Source of the DNA: Hyalangium minutum
GTDB lineage: Bacteria; Myxococcota; Myxococcia; Myxococcales; Myxococcaceae
Reading direction: 5' to 3'
Assembly: GCF_000737315.1 (NCBI RefSeq)
Contig: NZ_JMCB01000007.1
Location: 248,001 to 312,000, forward strand
Length of the DNA stretch: 64,000 nucleotides
Position numbers and translations under genes: made by a program. The stretch's first letter is position 1, and each line of letters starts with the position of its first letter. Positions 36,501-46,299 of this stretch are shown here, piece by piece. The notes under the pieces were generated by a model. That model did not search any database and was not told the origin of the DNA. It saw only the letters and a list, made by a program, of their open reading frames with translations.

Positions 36501-37159
36501 ACGTCACGCCTCCTCCTGCTCCGGTGGTGAACACACCGGCTAACGACGTGGTTAGCAGGTACAACATACCGACCTACAGCGGCACAGCCGAGCCGGGTAG
36601 TACCGTGACTGTGAGCGTGGACGGCACTGAGGTGGGCACCACCACGGCCGATACTTCGGAGAGGTGGGGTTTCACACCGGAGGTGCCGCTGCCGGATGGC
36701 CCTCATTCAGTAAGAACTACGGCAACAGACGCGGCAGGCAATACCAGTCTTGGCTCCACCACCAAAGTCTTCACGGTTGATACCACGCCTCCAATTGCCC
36801 CCGAGGTGAATGTGCCAGAGTTTGTCTATACTCAGAAGCCAACCATTTCCGGAAATGCGGAGCCTGGCAGCACAATAACAGTGTGGCTTGATGGGAAAGT
36901 TGCAGGAACAACCGATACGAACCCGAAGGGGCTCTGGAACTTCACTCCAGGAAAGGCTCTGCCTGTGGGGCAGCACCAAGTCATTGCCATTGCTACGGAT
37001 GTGGCAGGCAATGCCGGTTCTTTCTTCAAGGCCCACAGTTTTACGATAATCATTAGGAGTCATTACGGCTGGAGTTGCACCACCGCTCCTTCCCTCTCAG
37101 CCACTTGGGCCTTGCTGGTACTGGCCTTGTATCTTGGAAGGAGTCACCGAGCACGGTGA
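33515..37159 (+). CDS. Kelch-repeat (14 repeats) plus five Ig-like domain surface protein, MYXO-CTERM-like tail
   Basis: HTATLLPNGQVLVTGG...AEVYDP repeats; TPTFSG.AE...D.AGN.S Ig-like units; YGWSC + hydrophobic + RR tail. Confidence 0.9.
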   Translation: MSATSKTRLEAIAKFVITSALLWLACGEVPQGENGAVHHEWLVPKELQAASNEPWKATGALANVRYAHNATVLSNGQVLVTGGVGSSDVLASAEVYDPATGTWNPTVSLATARWFHTTTLLPNGQVLATGGSGSSGALASAEVYDPATGTWSTSGSLTVARRYHTATLLPNGQVLVTGGFGSGGYLASVEVYDPATQAWSTTGAMASTRYLHTATLLPNGQVLVTGGFGPTGALASAEMYDPVTGAWSTTGAMARARYLHTATLLPNGQVLVTGGRDSSGALASAEVYDPATGIWSTSGSLTVARRYHTATLLPNGQVLVTGGFGSGGYLASVEVYDPATQAWSTTGAMARAREYHTATPLPSGQVLVTGGNGPGGPRASTEVYDPTTGTWSTTGAMASTRNYHTATLLPNGQVLVTGGFGPTGALASAEVYDPVTGAWSTTGAMTVAREYHTATLLPNGKVLVTGGFGSSGYLASAEVYDPVTGTWSTTSAMASTRMRHTATLLPNGQVLVSGGALASAEVYDPVTRAWSTTGAMARAREYHTATPLPSGQVLVTGGNGPDGPHASAEVYDPTTGTWSTTGAMARARENHTATLLSNGQVLVTGGFGLTGSLASAEEYNPVTGAWSTTRPLAVARRDHTATLLPNGQVLVTGGFGLDEELASAEVYDQETKGWSRTGPLAMAREYHTATLLPNGQVLVTGGFGWAGHLASAELYYDPIAPVAPVVTISGNGSMTNDNTPTFSGLAEAISTVTILVDDTPLGATKANMAGHWTFTPTVKLADGGHTVRARATDGGGNTSADSTTNTFTVDATPPPPPVIAKPANGARTNNNQLAYSGTTEADSTVTIIVDGIPVGTTTVDAAGNWSFTLSMPLADGPHTVMARAADALGNTSADSNTITLTVDTTPPLAPAVDTPVNGSQTNNNHMTYGGTAEAGISVTVIVDGIEVGATTTNAFGVWHVAPPATLAGGSHTVRARGTDGGGNTSADSNTNTFTVDVTPPPAPVVNTPANDVVSRYNIPTYSGTAEPGSTVTVSVDGTEVGTTTADTSERWGFTPEVPLPDGPHSVRTTATDAAGNTSLGSTTKVFTVDTTPPIAPEVNVPEFVYTQKPTISGNAEPGSTITVWLDGKVAGTTDTNPKGLWNFTPGKALPVGQHQVIAIATDVAGNAGSFFKAHSFTIIIRSHYGWSCTTAPSLSATWALLVLALYLGRSHRAR

Positions 37160-37379
37160 ATGGAGCACGAGGAGACAGTCCTTGCTGAATCATGAACTGC
37201 TCAAGCAGTCGCGGTGACCTAAAAGGCCACGACCTGCGGCGTCCCGCCTGGGGCATAGGCCGGCGTGTGCCCAAAGGGGCTGCACCGCCTCTATACCGGC
37301 CCGGCGCACAGCCCGCGTGACATCTGTCAGCAGCCCTACCCTCCCTCTCTGCACCAGCACTCACCTAAACTAAAAGGCC

Positions 37380-37780
37380 CTACCTGATGGGGTAGAAGGT
37401 GAAGGAGGAAGTGTCGAGTGGGAGTTGCCAAGAGAGATGACGGCTGATGGATGCCAGAGGAGCTGTGGGGCAAGATAGAACCTCTTCTGCCGCCCAGGCC
37501 TGCGCATCCGCTGGGGTGCCATAACCCGAGAGTGCCGGACAGGTCCGCCATGGAAGCCATCCTGCTGGTGCTGCGTACGGGGATGCAGTGGCACGCGTTG
37601 AAAGCCACCGGCTTGTGCCACCCGTCCTCGGCCCACCGAAGGTTTCGTGAATGGCTGTCGGCCGGAATGTTCTGCGAGTTCTGGCGCTTGGAGTTGGTGG
37701 CGTACGACGCGCTGGTGGGCATTGACTGGCAGTGGATGAGCATGGATGGGGCGATGACCAAAGCGCCGCTGAGAGGGAAG
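37380..37780 (+). pseudogene. IS5-family transposase N-terminal fragment
   Basis: MPEELW.KIEPLLP, RVPDR.AMEAIL.VLRTGMQW, SSAHRRFREW, SMDGAMTKAP; truncated at the repeat. Confidence 0.85.
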
Positions 37781-37908
37781 AGGACATGCTGCGCGCCGTG
37801 AACCAGGAGATCGCCACCACGCTCGCCGCCTTCGAGAAGCGCCCCACCGCCGTCAAGAAGCCCGCCTGAGCGCTCAGGCCGCCGCTGGGCCCTCGGGCCC
37901 TATATAAG
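37781..37908 (+). repeat. Direct repeat, copy 2 (duplicated add 3' end)
   Basis: Offset 5640 from copy 1. Confidence 0.95.
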
Positions 37909-37942
37909 GAGAGGGACTCGTCTCTCGGAGGGGACCTCTCTC

Positions 37943-38722
37943 ATGGATCTGGAGCTCGCCGGTAAGGTGGTGCTCGTGACGGGTGGCTCGGAAGGACTCG
38001 GAGCCGCCGTGTGCAACCGGCTCGTCTGGGAGGGCGCTCGCGTCGCCCTGTGCGCCCGGAACTCGCGCAAGCTGGAGGCCTTCGCCGCCACCCTGCGCGC
38101 CCAGGGCGGCGAGGTGCTCGCGATTCCCGCCGATGTGTCCCGCGCCCAGGAAGTGGAGCGCTTCGTTCAGGCGGCCCATGAGCGGTGGGGCCGCATTGAC
38201 GCGCTCGTGAACAACGCGGGCTCGGCCTCGGCCAAGGCCTTCCTCTCCGTCACTGACCAAGAGTGGGAGGAGGACTTCCAGCTCAAGGTGTTCGCGGCCA
38301 TCCGCGCCGTGCGGCTCGCGGTGCCGCATCTGCGCTCGGCGGGCGGTGGAGCCATCGTCAATGTGCTCTCCATCAAGGCCAAGGAGCCCGGGAAGAACAC
38401 CCTGCCTTCCTCCGTGTCCCGCGCCGCGGGCATGTCGATGATGAAGGTGCTCTCCAAGGAACTGGGGCCCGACAACATCCGCGTCAACGCCGTGCTCGTG
38501 GGCATGATCGAGAGCGCGCAGTGGACCAAGCGCGCGGAGACCTCCGGCAAGCCGCCCGAGGTGCTCTATGCCGAGCGCAGCAAGGAGGCCGGGGTGCCGC
38601 TGGGCCGCATCGGCCGCGCCGAGGAGTTCGCCGATGTGGTGGCGTTCCTCGTGTCGCCGCGTGCCTCCTATGTCACGGGCTCGGCCATCAACGTGGATGG
38701 AGGGCTCTGCGCGGCCGTGTAA
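37943..38722 (+). CDS. SDR family oxidoreductase
   Basis: VTGGSEGLG, LVNNAG, IRVNAV..G, YVTGSAINVDGG; lacks canonical YxxxK Tyr (SSVSRAA). Confidence 0.9.
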   Translation: MDLELAGKVVLVTGGSEGLGAAVCNRLVWEGARVALCARNSRKLEAFAATLRAQGGEVLAIPADVSRAQEVERFVQAAHERWGRIDALVNNAGSASAKAFLSVTDQEWEEDFQLKVFAAIRAVRLAVPHLRSAGGGAIVNVLSIKAKEPGKNTLPSSVSRAAGMSMMKVLSKELGPDNIRVNAVLVGMIESAQWTKRAETSGKPPEVLYAERSKEAGVPLGRIGRAEEFADVVAFLVSPRASYVTGSAINVDGGLCAAV

Positions 38723-38800
38723 CGGGCCGCGTACTCCTTTAGAGGTACATACAGGCTCGCGCGCGCCCAGTACCAAGTAGGGGGAGCCAAGACACGCGCG

Positions 38801-39370
38801 ATGCAGCACGCGATGCAGCAGAGGAAGCGTCACACGGCGGAGGAGCCGCTCGCCGCGTTGTACCGGCGCTTCGGGCCCACGATTCACCGCCGCGCCCGAG
38901 CCCTGCTTCAGGATGAGCAGGAGGCGCTCGACGTCACGCAGGATACCTTCCTGGACTACTTGCGTTGGCAGTCCTCGATGCGCGGAGAGGCTTCGCCCTT
39001 CACCGTGCTCTACCAGATCGCCACGAACAAGGCCTTGGACCGGCTGCGCCGCAATGCCCGCTGGTCCGGCGTGCTCGGGCCGCTCGACATCCGCCAGGAA
39101 GAGGATGACGCCCGCCCAGGACAGTGGGTCAGCGCGAACGAGGGCGGCATGGCCCGAGTCGAAGCCCTGAGGGACTTGTCCCTGCTCACCGAGAGCGAGA
39201 GTCCTCAGGCCATCAGCGCGGCCGTCCTCTACTTCGTCGAGGGCTACACCCTGCAGGAGGTGGGGAAGGTGCTGGACCTCGATCGCAAGGCGGTCTCCGC
39301 CCTGCTGCACCAGTTCGCCGAGCGCGCCCGCCAGCGCAGCGTACGGCTCCAGCCGGGAGAACGGTCATGA
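38801..39370 (+). CDS. ECF sigma factor
   Basis: EALDVTQDTF, LYQIATNKALDRLRR, GYTLQEVG..L. Confidence 0.85.
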   Translation: MQHAMQQRKRHTAEEPLAALYRRFGPTIHRRARALLQDEQEALDVTQDTFLDYLRWQSSMRGEASPFTVLYQIATNKALDRLRRNARWSGVLGPLDIRQEEDDARPGQWVSANEGGMARVEALRDLSLLTESESPQAISAAVLYFVEGYTLQEVGKVLDLDRKAVSALLHQFAERARQRSVRLQPGERS

Positions 39371-40125
39371 GTTCTGAAATCCGGTGTGTCCCGGATGCCC
39401 TTCTGGAGCGCTACCTCACGGACTCGCTGAGCGCGGCCGACCGGGACCAGCTCGAGGCTCGCTTGATGGAGTCTCCCCGGGACCGGGCCCGGCTCGAGGA
39501 GCTGCGCGCGGACTCGGCCGCATTTCTCATTCAGCATCCTCCCGCGCCCCTCGTGGCACGGTTCCGGCGGCAGCGGCGGCGGCGCGGAGGGTCGTGGCAC
39601 TGGCCCACCCTGCTCACCGAGGTGCTCCTGGTGGGAGCCGCAGTGGGGATGCTGCTCGTGCTGCAAGGGGACTCTTTGCTGCGGCTCCTGCGCGACGAGC
39701 CGGACTTCAGCGTGAAGGGCTCGGTAGTCCTGGTGATGTACCGCAAGGAGGGGGACACCGGCATCCCCGTCTCCCAGAACGCACGGTTGGCTCCCAACGA
39801 TGCCCTGCGCTTCGAGGTGAGGGCCCCCGCGAGCGGGTATGTCGCCGTGCTGAGCCGCGATGGGCGGGGCGCGGCGTTTGTCTACTATCCCTTCGATGGG
39901 GTGGACGCAGCCCTCTACGACGCATCCCAGCCGCTGTTGCCGGGGGCCATCGAGCTGGACGACACCCTGGGCCAAGAGGACGTCTACGCGCTGTACTCCG
40001 CTGAGCCTTTCGGGCTGGAGTGGGCGGTGGAGGCCCTCCGGCAAGGCCGCCTCCTGAAAGAGGCGGCTGAACGCCATGTCTCGGTGGGACAGGCCACCTT
40101 CGTGAAGGAGCCCCGCGTGCCGTAG
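39367..40125 (+). CDS. Membrane anti-sigma with DUF4384-like extracellular domain
   Basis: LLERYL..SLS..DR..LEARL, TM helix, L.PNDALRFEV...GYV.VL. Confidence 0.75.
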   Translation: MSSEIRCVPDALLERYLTDSLSAADRDQLEARLMESPRDRARLEELRADSAAFLIQHPPAPLVARFRRQRRRRGGSWHWPTLLTEVLLVGAAVGMLLVLQGDSLLRLLRDEPDFSVKGSVVLVMYRKEGDTGIPVSQNARLAPNDALRFEVRAPASGYVAVLSRDGRGAAFVYYPFDGVDAALYDASQPLLPGAIELDDTLGQEDVYALYSAEPFGLEWAVEALRQGRLLKEAAERHVSVGQATFVKEPRVP

Positions 40126-40143
40126 GAGGCGGGGCTCCCCCCG

Positions 40144-43100
40144 TCAGCTCCGGGCCCTGCGGCTCGAAGCGGCGAGTGACAGCAGCAGCAGGGCCAGGCC
40201 GAACGCTCCCGGGGCTCCTCCAGCGCTCGTGCCGCAACCGCAGCCCTCGGAGTCCTCCGGCGGCGCGGCGGTGGCCGTGGAGATCTGGATGGCGAGGCGT
40301 GACTCGCCGCCGTCTCCGTCGATGACCTTCGTGATGATCGTGGCCAGTCCCTGCTGCGAGGGCGTCCAGGTGAAGGTGCCCTCCGGCGACAGCGCGCCTT
40401 CGCCACTGACCAGCTCCCAGCGGAGCGGATCGCTCTGGCCCGCAGCGTCCGAGCCCGACAACTGCACGGAGACCGGCTTGCCCGCGGTGGCGGACACCGT
40501 CTCCTGCGGCAGCGGCACCGGCGGCGTGTTGTGGATGACGACCGTCCGCGTCGCCACCGTCCGCGTGCCGCTCCCGTCCGTGCCCGTCACCTTCAGCGTG
40601 AAGCGCCCGTCATCCGCCCAGGCGTGCGAGGCCGATGCCCCCGTGCTGCTGGGAGTCCCGTCCCCGAAGTCCCATGTGTAGGTGAGCCCCGGCTGATTCG
40701 GATCGGAGAGGCTCAGCGCCAGCGTGGAGCCCTCGACGCCCACCACCGCCGGGCCCGTCGCTCCCGCCGTGATGACGGTCTCCGCGGAGCTGCGCACCCG
40801 CACCCGGAGCAGGGTGGTGGCCTCCTCCGAGGAGGTGGTGGCCTTGAGTTTCACGTCGTACGTGCCCGGTGCCGCGAAGGCGTGCACGGGCAGCTCCTCC
40901 TGCGACGTCTGCCCATCCCCGAAGTCCCACTGGAGCGCAATGTCCGCACCGCGCTCGTCCACGGCGTTGGCGTAGAAGCGCACCTGCTGGCCATCGGCCG
41001 GGCGCACCGTGTCCACCGCAGCGCTCACCGTCAGCGAGCGCTTCTCCACCGTCAGTTGGATCTCCGCCGAGGAGATCGCCCGGCCGTCGCTCGCCGAGAA
41101 CGTGAAGCGCGTGGCCCCCGTGAAGCCCGTGGGTGGCGTGTAGATGATGTCCGGCGGTGTCCCCGTCAGCTTTCCCTGCTCGGGGAAGGACACGATGGCG
41201 AAGGTGAGCTCGTCCCCATCCACGTCGCTGCCCGAGAGGTAGATGGGCGTCGGACTGCCCGCCGGGACCGTGAGTGTCTGCGCCTGCGCCACCGGCGAGT
41301 CGTTGACGTCCGTCACGTTCACCGTCACGGTGGCCGGGGCCGAGGTCAGCACCCCATCCGAGGCCGTGAACGTGAAGCGGTCCTGGCCCTGGTAGTCCTG
41401 CGCGGGCGTATACGTGAGCGCGGGCGGCGTGCCCGTCAGCGTGCCGTGGCTCGGGCCCGACACCAGCGTGAAGCTCACCGGGGAGCCCTCGGGATCCACC
41501 GCCGTGAGGGTGATCGCCTTGGCCGTGTCCTCCCGCGTGCTGACCGTCTGCGCCGCGGGCCGGGGCGCGTCATTCACCGGGGTGAGGGTGAACGAGACCG
41601 TGGCGGGCGTCGACGTGGCCAGCCCATCCGTGGCCGTGAAGGTGAAGCTGTCCGTGCCGAAGTAGTCCAGCGTCGGCGTATAGGTGAGGTGGGGCGCCGT
41701 CCCCGACAGCGTGCCGTGGGCTGGGGGCACGGTGATCGTGAACGTGAGCAAGTCCCCGTCCGGATCCGACCCCATGAGCGTGATGCCGGTCGCAGCGTCC
41801 TCCTCGATCGTGAGCGACTGGGAAGAGACCCCGGGGGTGCTGTTCACCGAGGCCACGAAGAGCGAGAGCGTCCCCGGCGCGGAGGTCACCGTGCCGTCGC
41901 TCACCGTGAAGGTGAAGTTGTCTGAACCGTGGTAGCTCGTCTCGGGCGTATAGGTGAGGTGGGGCGGCGTGCCCGTCAACGTGCCGTGCGTGGGCTGCGA
42001 GGCCAGCGCAAAGGTGAGGGTGTCCCCATCCGCATCGGTGCCCGTGAGGGTGATGGAGAGCGGCGTGTCCTCGGGCGTGGTCAGCAGGCGCGCGGTGGGC
42101 ACGGGCGTGTCGTTCACCGGCGTCACCGTGAGCGACACGCTGGCCGGGGTGGAGGTGGCCTGGCCGTCGCTCGCCGTGAAGGTGAAGCTGTCCGAGCCGA
42201 AGTAGTTCGCTGCCGGCGTATAGGTGAGGTCGGGCGCTGTCCCCGTCAGCGTTCCGTGCGCCGGCGGCGAGACAATGGCGAAGGTGATCGTGTCCCCATC
42301 CACATCCGAGCCCGCGAGGGTGATGGGGAGCGGCGCGTCCTCAGCCGTCGTCAGGGAGCCACCCGTCACCACGGGCACATCGTTCACCGACTCCACCGAG
42401 AGCGTGATCGTTGCCGCGGCCGAGGTGACCTGGCCGTCGCGCGCCGTGAAGGTGAAGCTGTCGGGCCCAGAGTAGTTGGCTGCGGGCGCATAGGTGAGGT
42501 TGGGCGGTGTGCCCGTCAGCGTCCCGTGCGTGGGAGGCGACGCTACCGTGAAGGAGAGGGTGTCCCCGTCCGGATCGGTGCCCGTGAGGGTGATGGGGAG
42601 CGGCGTGTCCTCGGGCGTGGTCAGCTCGCGCGCGGTGGCGGTGGGCGGATCATTTACCGGCGTCACATTGATCGTGATCGTCCCCGGCGCCGAGGTGCCC
42701 TGGCTGTCGCTCGCCGTGAAGGTGAAGCTGTCCGAACCGGAGTAGTTCATCTCCGGCGTGTAGACGAGGCTGGGCGGCGTGCCCGTCAGCGTGCCGTGGC
42801 TGGGGCTCGAGACCAGGGCGAAGGTCACCGGGTCATTCTCCGGATCCGAGGCCACCAAGGTGATCGCCTTGGGCGTCTCCTCCGGCGTGGTGAGGACCTG
42901 GGCCGTGGCCGTTGGCACGTCGTTCACCGGGGTGATCGTGAGGGTGATGGTGGCGGGCGCCGAGGTGGCCTGGCCATCGCTCGCCGTGAAGGTGAAGCTG
43001 TCTGTCCCGTGGTAGTTCAGCTCCGGCACGTACCGGAGCTTCGGCAGCGTGCCCGTGAGCGCGCCGTGCGAGGGCGCCGTCACCACCGTGTAGGTCAGGT

Positions 43101-46100
43101 TCACGCTCTCCGCGTCAGTCCCCGTGAGCTCCAGCGCGAGCGGGACGTCCTCCTCCGTGGTGAGGCTCTGCGGCAGCGCCTCGGGCGGTGTGTTGGAGCC
43201 TGAGCCCCCCATCCACCGCGCCTTCAGCCGCTGCACGTTGCTGCCCAGGGACGGATCGTTCACCTGGTACACCGCCAGCACGCCCGTTCCCACCGCCGAG
43301 GCCATCGCCACCTGGCTCTCGTTGGCCGCGTTCGCCGAGACGATGAACCCATCCCCGTCCATCGCCACGCCCGCCGAGGTGATCCGCCCCGCGTAGATGT
43401 CCAGGCCCGTGCCGCTGCGGCCGTCCTGCCACGCGATGAGGAACTCCGTCCCCGTGTAGACGACCGAGGGCTGCTGCTGGTGCCCCGCCGCCGCCGACAC
43501 CGTGATGGGTGACGAGTCCGCGGGCGAGCCCACGGGCCGGATGCGCCGGGCCGCGAGGTTTGAAGAGGGGAACGTCTGGTAGTCCGACCAGACCAGCAGG
43601 TAGTTCGCTCCGTCGAACGCCAGCGCCACGTCCGTCTGGCTCTCGGTGCCGCCCGCGAACTGGATCCCGGGGGGATCCAGAACCCCGCCCCCTCGGCCCA
43701 CCCGCGCTCCGTACACATCCGAGGTCGAGTTGTTCCGGTAGTCGCTCCAGACCACCAGGTAATTTCCCCCGTCGAAGGCGACTGCGGGCGAAGCCTGATC
43801 GTTCGTGTCCGTGCTGATGCCAATGAACGCATTGTCCAGCACGATTCCCGCCGTGTTCACCCGGGTGCCGTAGATGTCTCGGGCCGAGCCGGTGCCCGAG
43901 TCATCCCAGACCACCAGGTAGTTCGCGCCATCGAACGCCAGCGCGGGGTGCTCCTGGGCGCCGAAGCGCGGGCAGATGCTCAGCCCGTTGGCGTCCAGCA
44001 CCGCCCCCGTCTTGCTCACCCGCGCCGCATAAATGTCACTGGAGGCGCTGAGCCGCGTATCCTCCCAGGCGACCAGATAGTTCGTCCCGTCGAAGGCCAC
44101 CGCCGGGTTGCGCTGGTGGCCGTTCGCGCCCGAGATGGTGAAGCCCGCCGGATCCAGCACCGTGCCGTTGCCGCTCACCCGCACGCCGTAGACATCGAAC
44201 CCGCTGCCGCGGTTGTCCTGCCAGACCACCAGGTAGTTCGTCCCGTCGAAGGCCACCGCCGGGTTCGTCTCGCTGTTGGCTGAGCGGCTCACCGTGAAGC
44301 CGCTCGAGTCGAGCACCGTCAGCGCCGAGCCCGCGCTCACCCGTGCCCCGATGATGTCCGCCGTCCGGCTGTCGCTCCAGGTGAGCAGGGCGTTCGTGCC
44401 GTTCGAGGCGATCGCCACCGTGGACTGCGCGCCCGTCGCCGTCGCCACTCCCACCCCCGAGCCATCCAGCACCGCCCCGTTGGCATCCAGCCGGGCGGCG
44501 TAGACATCCAGCTCGCCCGAGCGCAGGTCTTGCCAAGCCAGCACGTACTGTGTCCCCAGTCTCGCGAGCGCGGGCAGGGCCTGCGTGGATGCCGCCTGCA
44601 CCAGCGCGAACCCCGCCGTGTCCAGCGTGCCTCCGGCTGTCGTGACGCGCGCGCCGTAGAGATCGATGCCCGTGGCCGCCTGGTTGCGCGAGTCCTCCCA
44701 GGCCACGAGGTACAGCGTCCCGTTGAACGCCACCACCGGGTTGGCCTGCGTCGCGCTGTTCGTGCTCACGGGGAAGCCCGAGCCGTCGAGCGCCGCCCCC
44801 GCCGTGGAGATGCGCCCCGCGTAGATGTCATAGCTGCTGCCGGAGCGATCATCCTGCCAGACGGCCAGGTAGTTGAGCCCATCGAACGCCACCGAGGCCG
44901 CCAGCTGGTTCCCCACGGCATTGGACACGAAGAACGGGCTCCCCACGGGGCTCCCCGCCGGGCTTACCCGCAGGCCCTGGAGGTTGGTGGGCGAGCTGAA
45001 GCCGATCTTCTCGTCCCAGACGACCAGGTAGTTCGTGCCGTCGAAGGCGATGGCCGGGGCGCTCATCAGCAGCGTGAAGGTCGTGGAGGTCGAGAGCGCC
45101 AGGCCGCTCGGATCCATCAGCGAGCCCGCCGGGCTCACGCGGGCGCCGTAGATGTCCGAGCCGCTGCCTCGCCGGCCATCGCTCCACACGACGAGGTAGT
45201 TCGTCCCGTCGAAGGCCACCGCTGGGGCCTGCTGCGCGTTGAGGGCCACGGCGATGGGGATGCCCAGGGGATCCAGCACGGCCCCGCTCTGGCTCACGCG
45301 AGCGCCGTACACGTCCACGTCTCCACCCCGGTCATCCGCCCACACCGCGAGGAAGTCCGTGCCGTTGGAGGCCACCGCGGGCGCCGTCTGAGACCCGCCG
45401 CCGGGATCCGTCACCGGCGTGTCCAGGCCGAACTCGGGGGAGATGGTCGGCGCGAGCAGCACGGGGAAGCTCGAGCCCGCGAGCAGCGCTGCCGGGACGC
45501 GGAACTCCACCGCCCCCGCCACGGCCCGAGCCGTGAGCTCCGTCCGCTTCCCCGCCGCGTCCGTCCAGGCCGCGTGGCTGTAGCGCACGCCCAGCCCCGA
45601 GGCGTCCGCGAAGTGCAGGCCTTGCGAGGTCTCTCCCGCGAAGCGCAGCCCCTTCACGGGAACTCGGAGCAGGAGGTCTCCCTCACCCTCGGGCATGCGG
45701 GCCAGGCGCCAGCGCTGCTCGATGCCGTCCTCCCGGTTCTGGAACTGCTCCTCGGCCAGCCCTCGGGACAGGGTGAGCGAGCCATCCTGAGACACGGTGC
45801 CGTTGCCCACGGTGCTGTTCAGTGCCACCCCGCCGCGCGAGAGGGCCAGCGGACCGAAGGTGACAGGCGTGCCCGTGAGCCCCAGGGCGCCGTGGCGCGG
45901 AGTGAAGGTGAGCCCGCCCGGAGTGACACGCGCGGACCAGGTGCTGTGGCCCGCCGTCCAGCCATGGCCCTCGGGGCGGTAGGCGAAGTGGGCGCGGCGG
46001 ATGACCGCGCTCAAGTCGAACCGGGCCCCCGGCGTGTCTGGGGACATCCGCGGATGCGTGGCCTGAGGAGCCACGGGAGGGGAGGCGGGCTCCCGGCAGG

Positions 46101-46278
46101 CGGCGGTGAGAGAGAGAAGGGCGGCGATGAGGACGAGACGGTCCGAGCGAGAGGGACTCAAGGCGATTGGGGGGTAAGGGGCAGGTACGGCAAGGGGGCC
46201 GACCATCGCACGCGGGGAGGGGTCCGCGTAAGAGCCCATGGCGAGGCAGCCGGGCAACCCGCAAACATGAAGCGCCAT
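40144..46278 (-). CDS. Large surface protein: DGTNYLVVW repeats, 8 Ig-like (tandem-95-type) repeats, PKD domains, MYXO-CTERM
   Basis: AFDGTNYLVVWxD repeats; VND.P....TT.ED...GSD.DGD.LTF....P.HGTL units; WDFGDG x2; GCGCG + TM + RR; start uncertain. Confidence 0.9.
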   Translation of the reverse strand: MALHVCGLPGCLAMGSYADPSPRAMVGPLAVPAPYPPIALSPSRSDRLVLIAALLSLTAACREPASPPVAPQATHPRMSPDTPGARFDLSAVIRRAHFAYRPEGHGWTAGHSTWSARVTPGGLTFTPRHGALGLTGTPVTFGPLALSRGGVALNSTVGNGTVSQDGSLTLSRGLAEEQFQNREDGIEQRWRLARMPEGEGDLLLRVPVKGLRFAGETSQGLHFADASGLGVRYSHAAWTDAAGKRTELTARAVAGAVEFRVPAALLAGSSFPVLLAPTISPEFGLDTPVTDPGGGSQTAPAVASNGTDFLAVWADDRGGDVDVYGARVSQSGAVLDPLGIPIAVALNAQQAPAVAFDGTNYLVVWSDGRRGSGSDIYGARVSPAGSLMDPSGLALSTSTTFTLLMSAPAIAFDGTNYLVVWDEKIGFSSPTNLQGLRVSPAGSPVGSPFFVSNAVGNQLAASVAFDGLNYLAVWQDDRSGSSYDIYAGRISTAGAALDGSGFPVSTNSATQANPVVAFNGTLYLVAWEDSRNQAATGIDLYGARVTTAGGTLDTAGFALVQAASTQALPALARLGTQYVLAWQDLRSGELDVYAARLDANGAVLDGSGVGVATATGAQSTVAIASNGTNALLTWSDSRTADIIGARVSAGSALTVLDSSGFTVSRSANSETNPAVAFDGTNYLVVWQDNRGSGFDVYGVRVSGNGTVLDPAGFTISGANGHQRNPAVAFDGTNYLVAWEDTRLSASSDIYAARVSKTGAVLDANGLSICPRFGAQEHPALAFDGANYLVVWDDSGTGSARDIYGTRVNTAGIVLDNAFIGISTDTNDQASPAVAFDGGNYLVVWSDYRNNSTSDVYGARVGRGGGVLDPPGIQFAGGTESQTDVALAFDGANYLLVWSDYQTFPSSNLAARRIRPVGSPADSSPITVSAAAGHQQQPSVVYTGTEFLIAWQDGRSGTGLDIYAGRITSAGVAMDGDGFIVSANAANESQVAMASAVGTGVLAVYQVNDPSLGSNVQRLKARWMGGSGSNTPPEALPQSLTTEEDVPLALELTGTDAESVNLTYTVVTAPSHGALTGTLPKLRYVPELNYHGTDSFTFTASDGQATSAPATITLTITPVNDVPTATAQVLTTPEETPKAITLVASDPENDPVTFALVSSPSHGTLTGTPPSLVYTPEMNYSGSDSFTFTASDSQGTSAPGTITINVTPVNDPPTATARELTTPEDTPLPITLTGTDPDGDTLSFTVASPPTHGTLTGTPPNLTYAPAANYSGPDSFTFTARDGQVTSAAATITLSVESVNDVPVVTGGSLTTAEDAPLPITLAGSDVDGDTITFAIVSPPAHGTLTGTAPDLTYTPAANYFGSDSFTFTASDGQATSTPASVSLTVTPVNDTPVPTARLLTTPEDTPLSITLTGTDADGDTLTFALASQPTHGTLTGTPPHLTYTPETSYHGSDNFTFTVSDGTVTSAPGTLSLFVASVNSTPGVSSQSLTIEEDAATGITLMGSDPDGDLLTFTITVPPAHGTLSGTAPHLTYTPTLDYFGTDSFTFTATDGLATSTPATVSFTLTPVNDAPRPAAQTVSTREDTAKAITLTAVDPEGSPVSFTLVSGPSHGTLTGTPPALTYTPAQDYQGQDRFTFTASDGVLTSAPATVTVNVTDVNDSPVAQAQTLTVPAGSPTPIYLSGSDVDGDELTFAIVSFPEQGKLTGTPPDIIYTPPTGFTGATRFTFSASDGRAISSAEIQLTVEKRSLTVSAAVDTVRPADGQQVRFYANAVDERGADIALQWDFGDGQTSQEELPVHAFAAPGTYDVKLKATTSSEEATTLLRVRVRSSAETVITAGATGPAVVGVEGSTLALSLSDPNQPGLTYTWDFGDGTPSSTGASASHAWADDGRFTLKVTGTDGSGTRTVATRTVVIHNTPPVPLPQETVSATAGKPVSVQLSGSDAAGQSDPLRWELVSGEGALSPEGTFTWTPSQQGLATIITKVIDGDGGESRLAIQISTATAAPPEDSEGCGCGTSAGGAPGAFGLALLLLSLAASSRRARS

Positions 46279-46299
46279 TCAGATGCTAGATTCCGCCCC

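Noticed and set aside
32270-37780. Intact composite transposon
   Set aside because: IS pieces are partial, degraded and oppositely oriented, with no matching terminal repeats seen; the boundary is the add duplication
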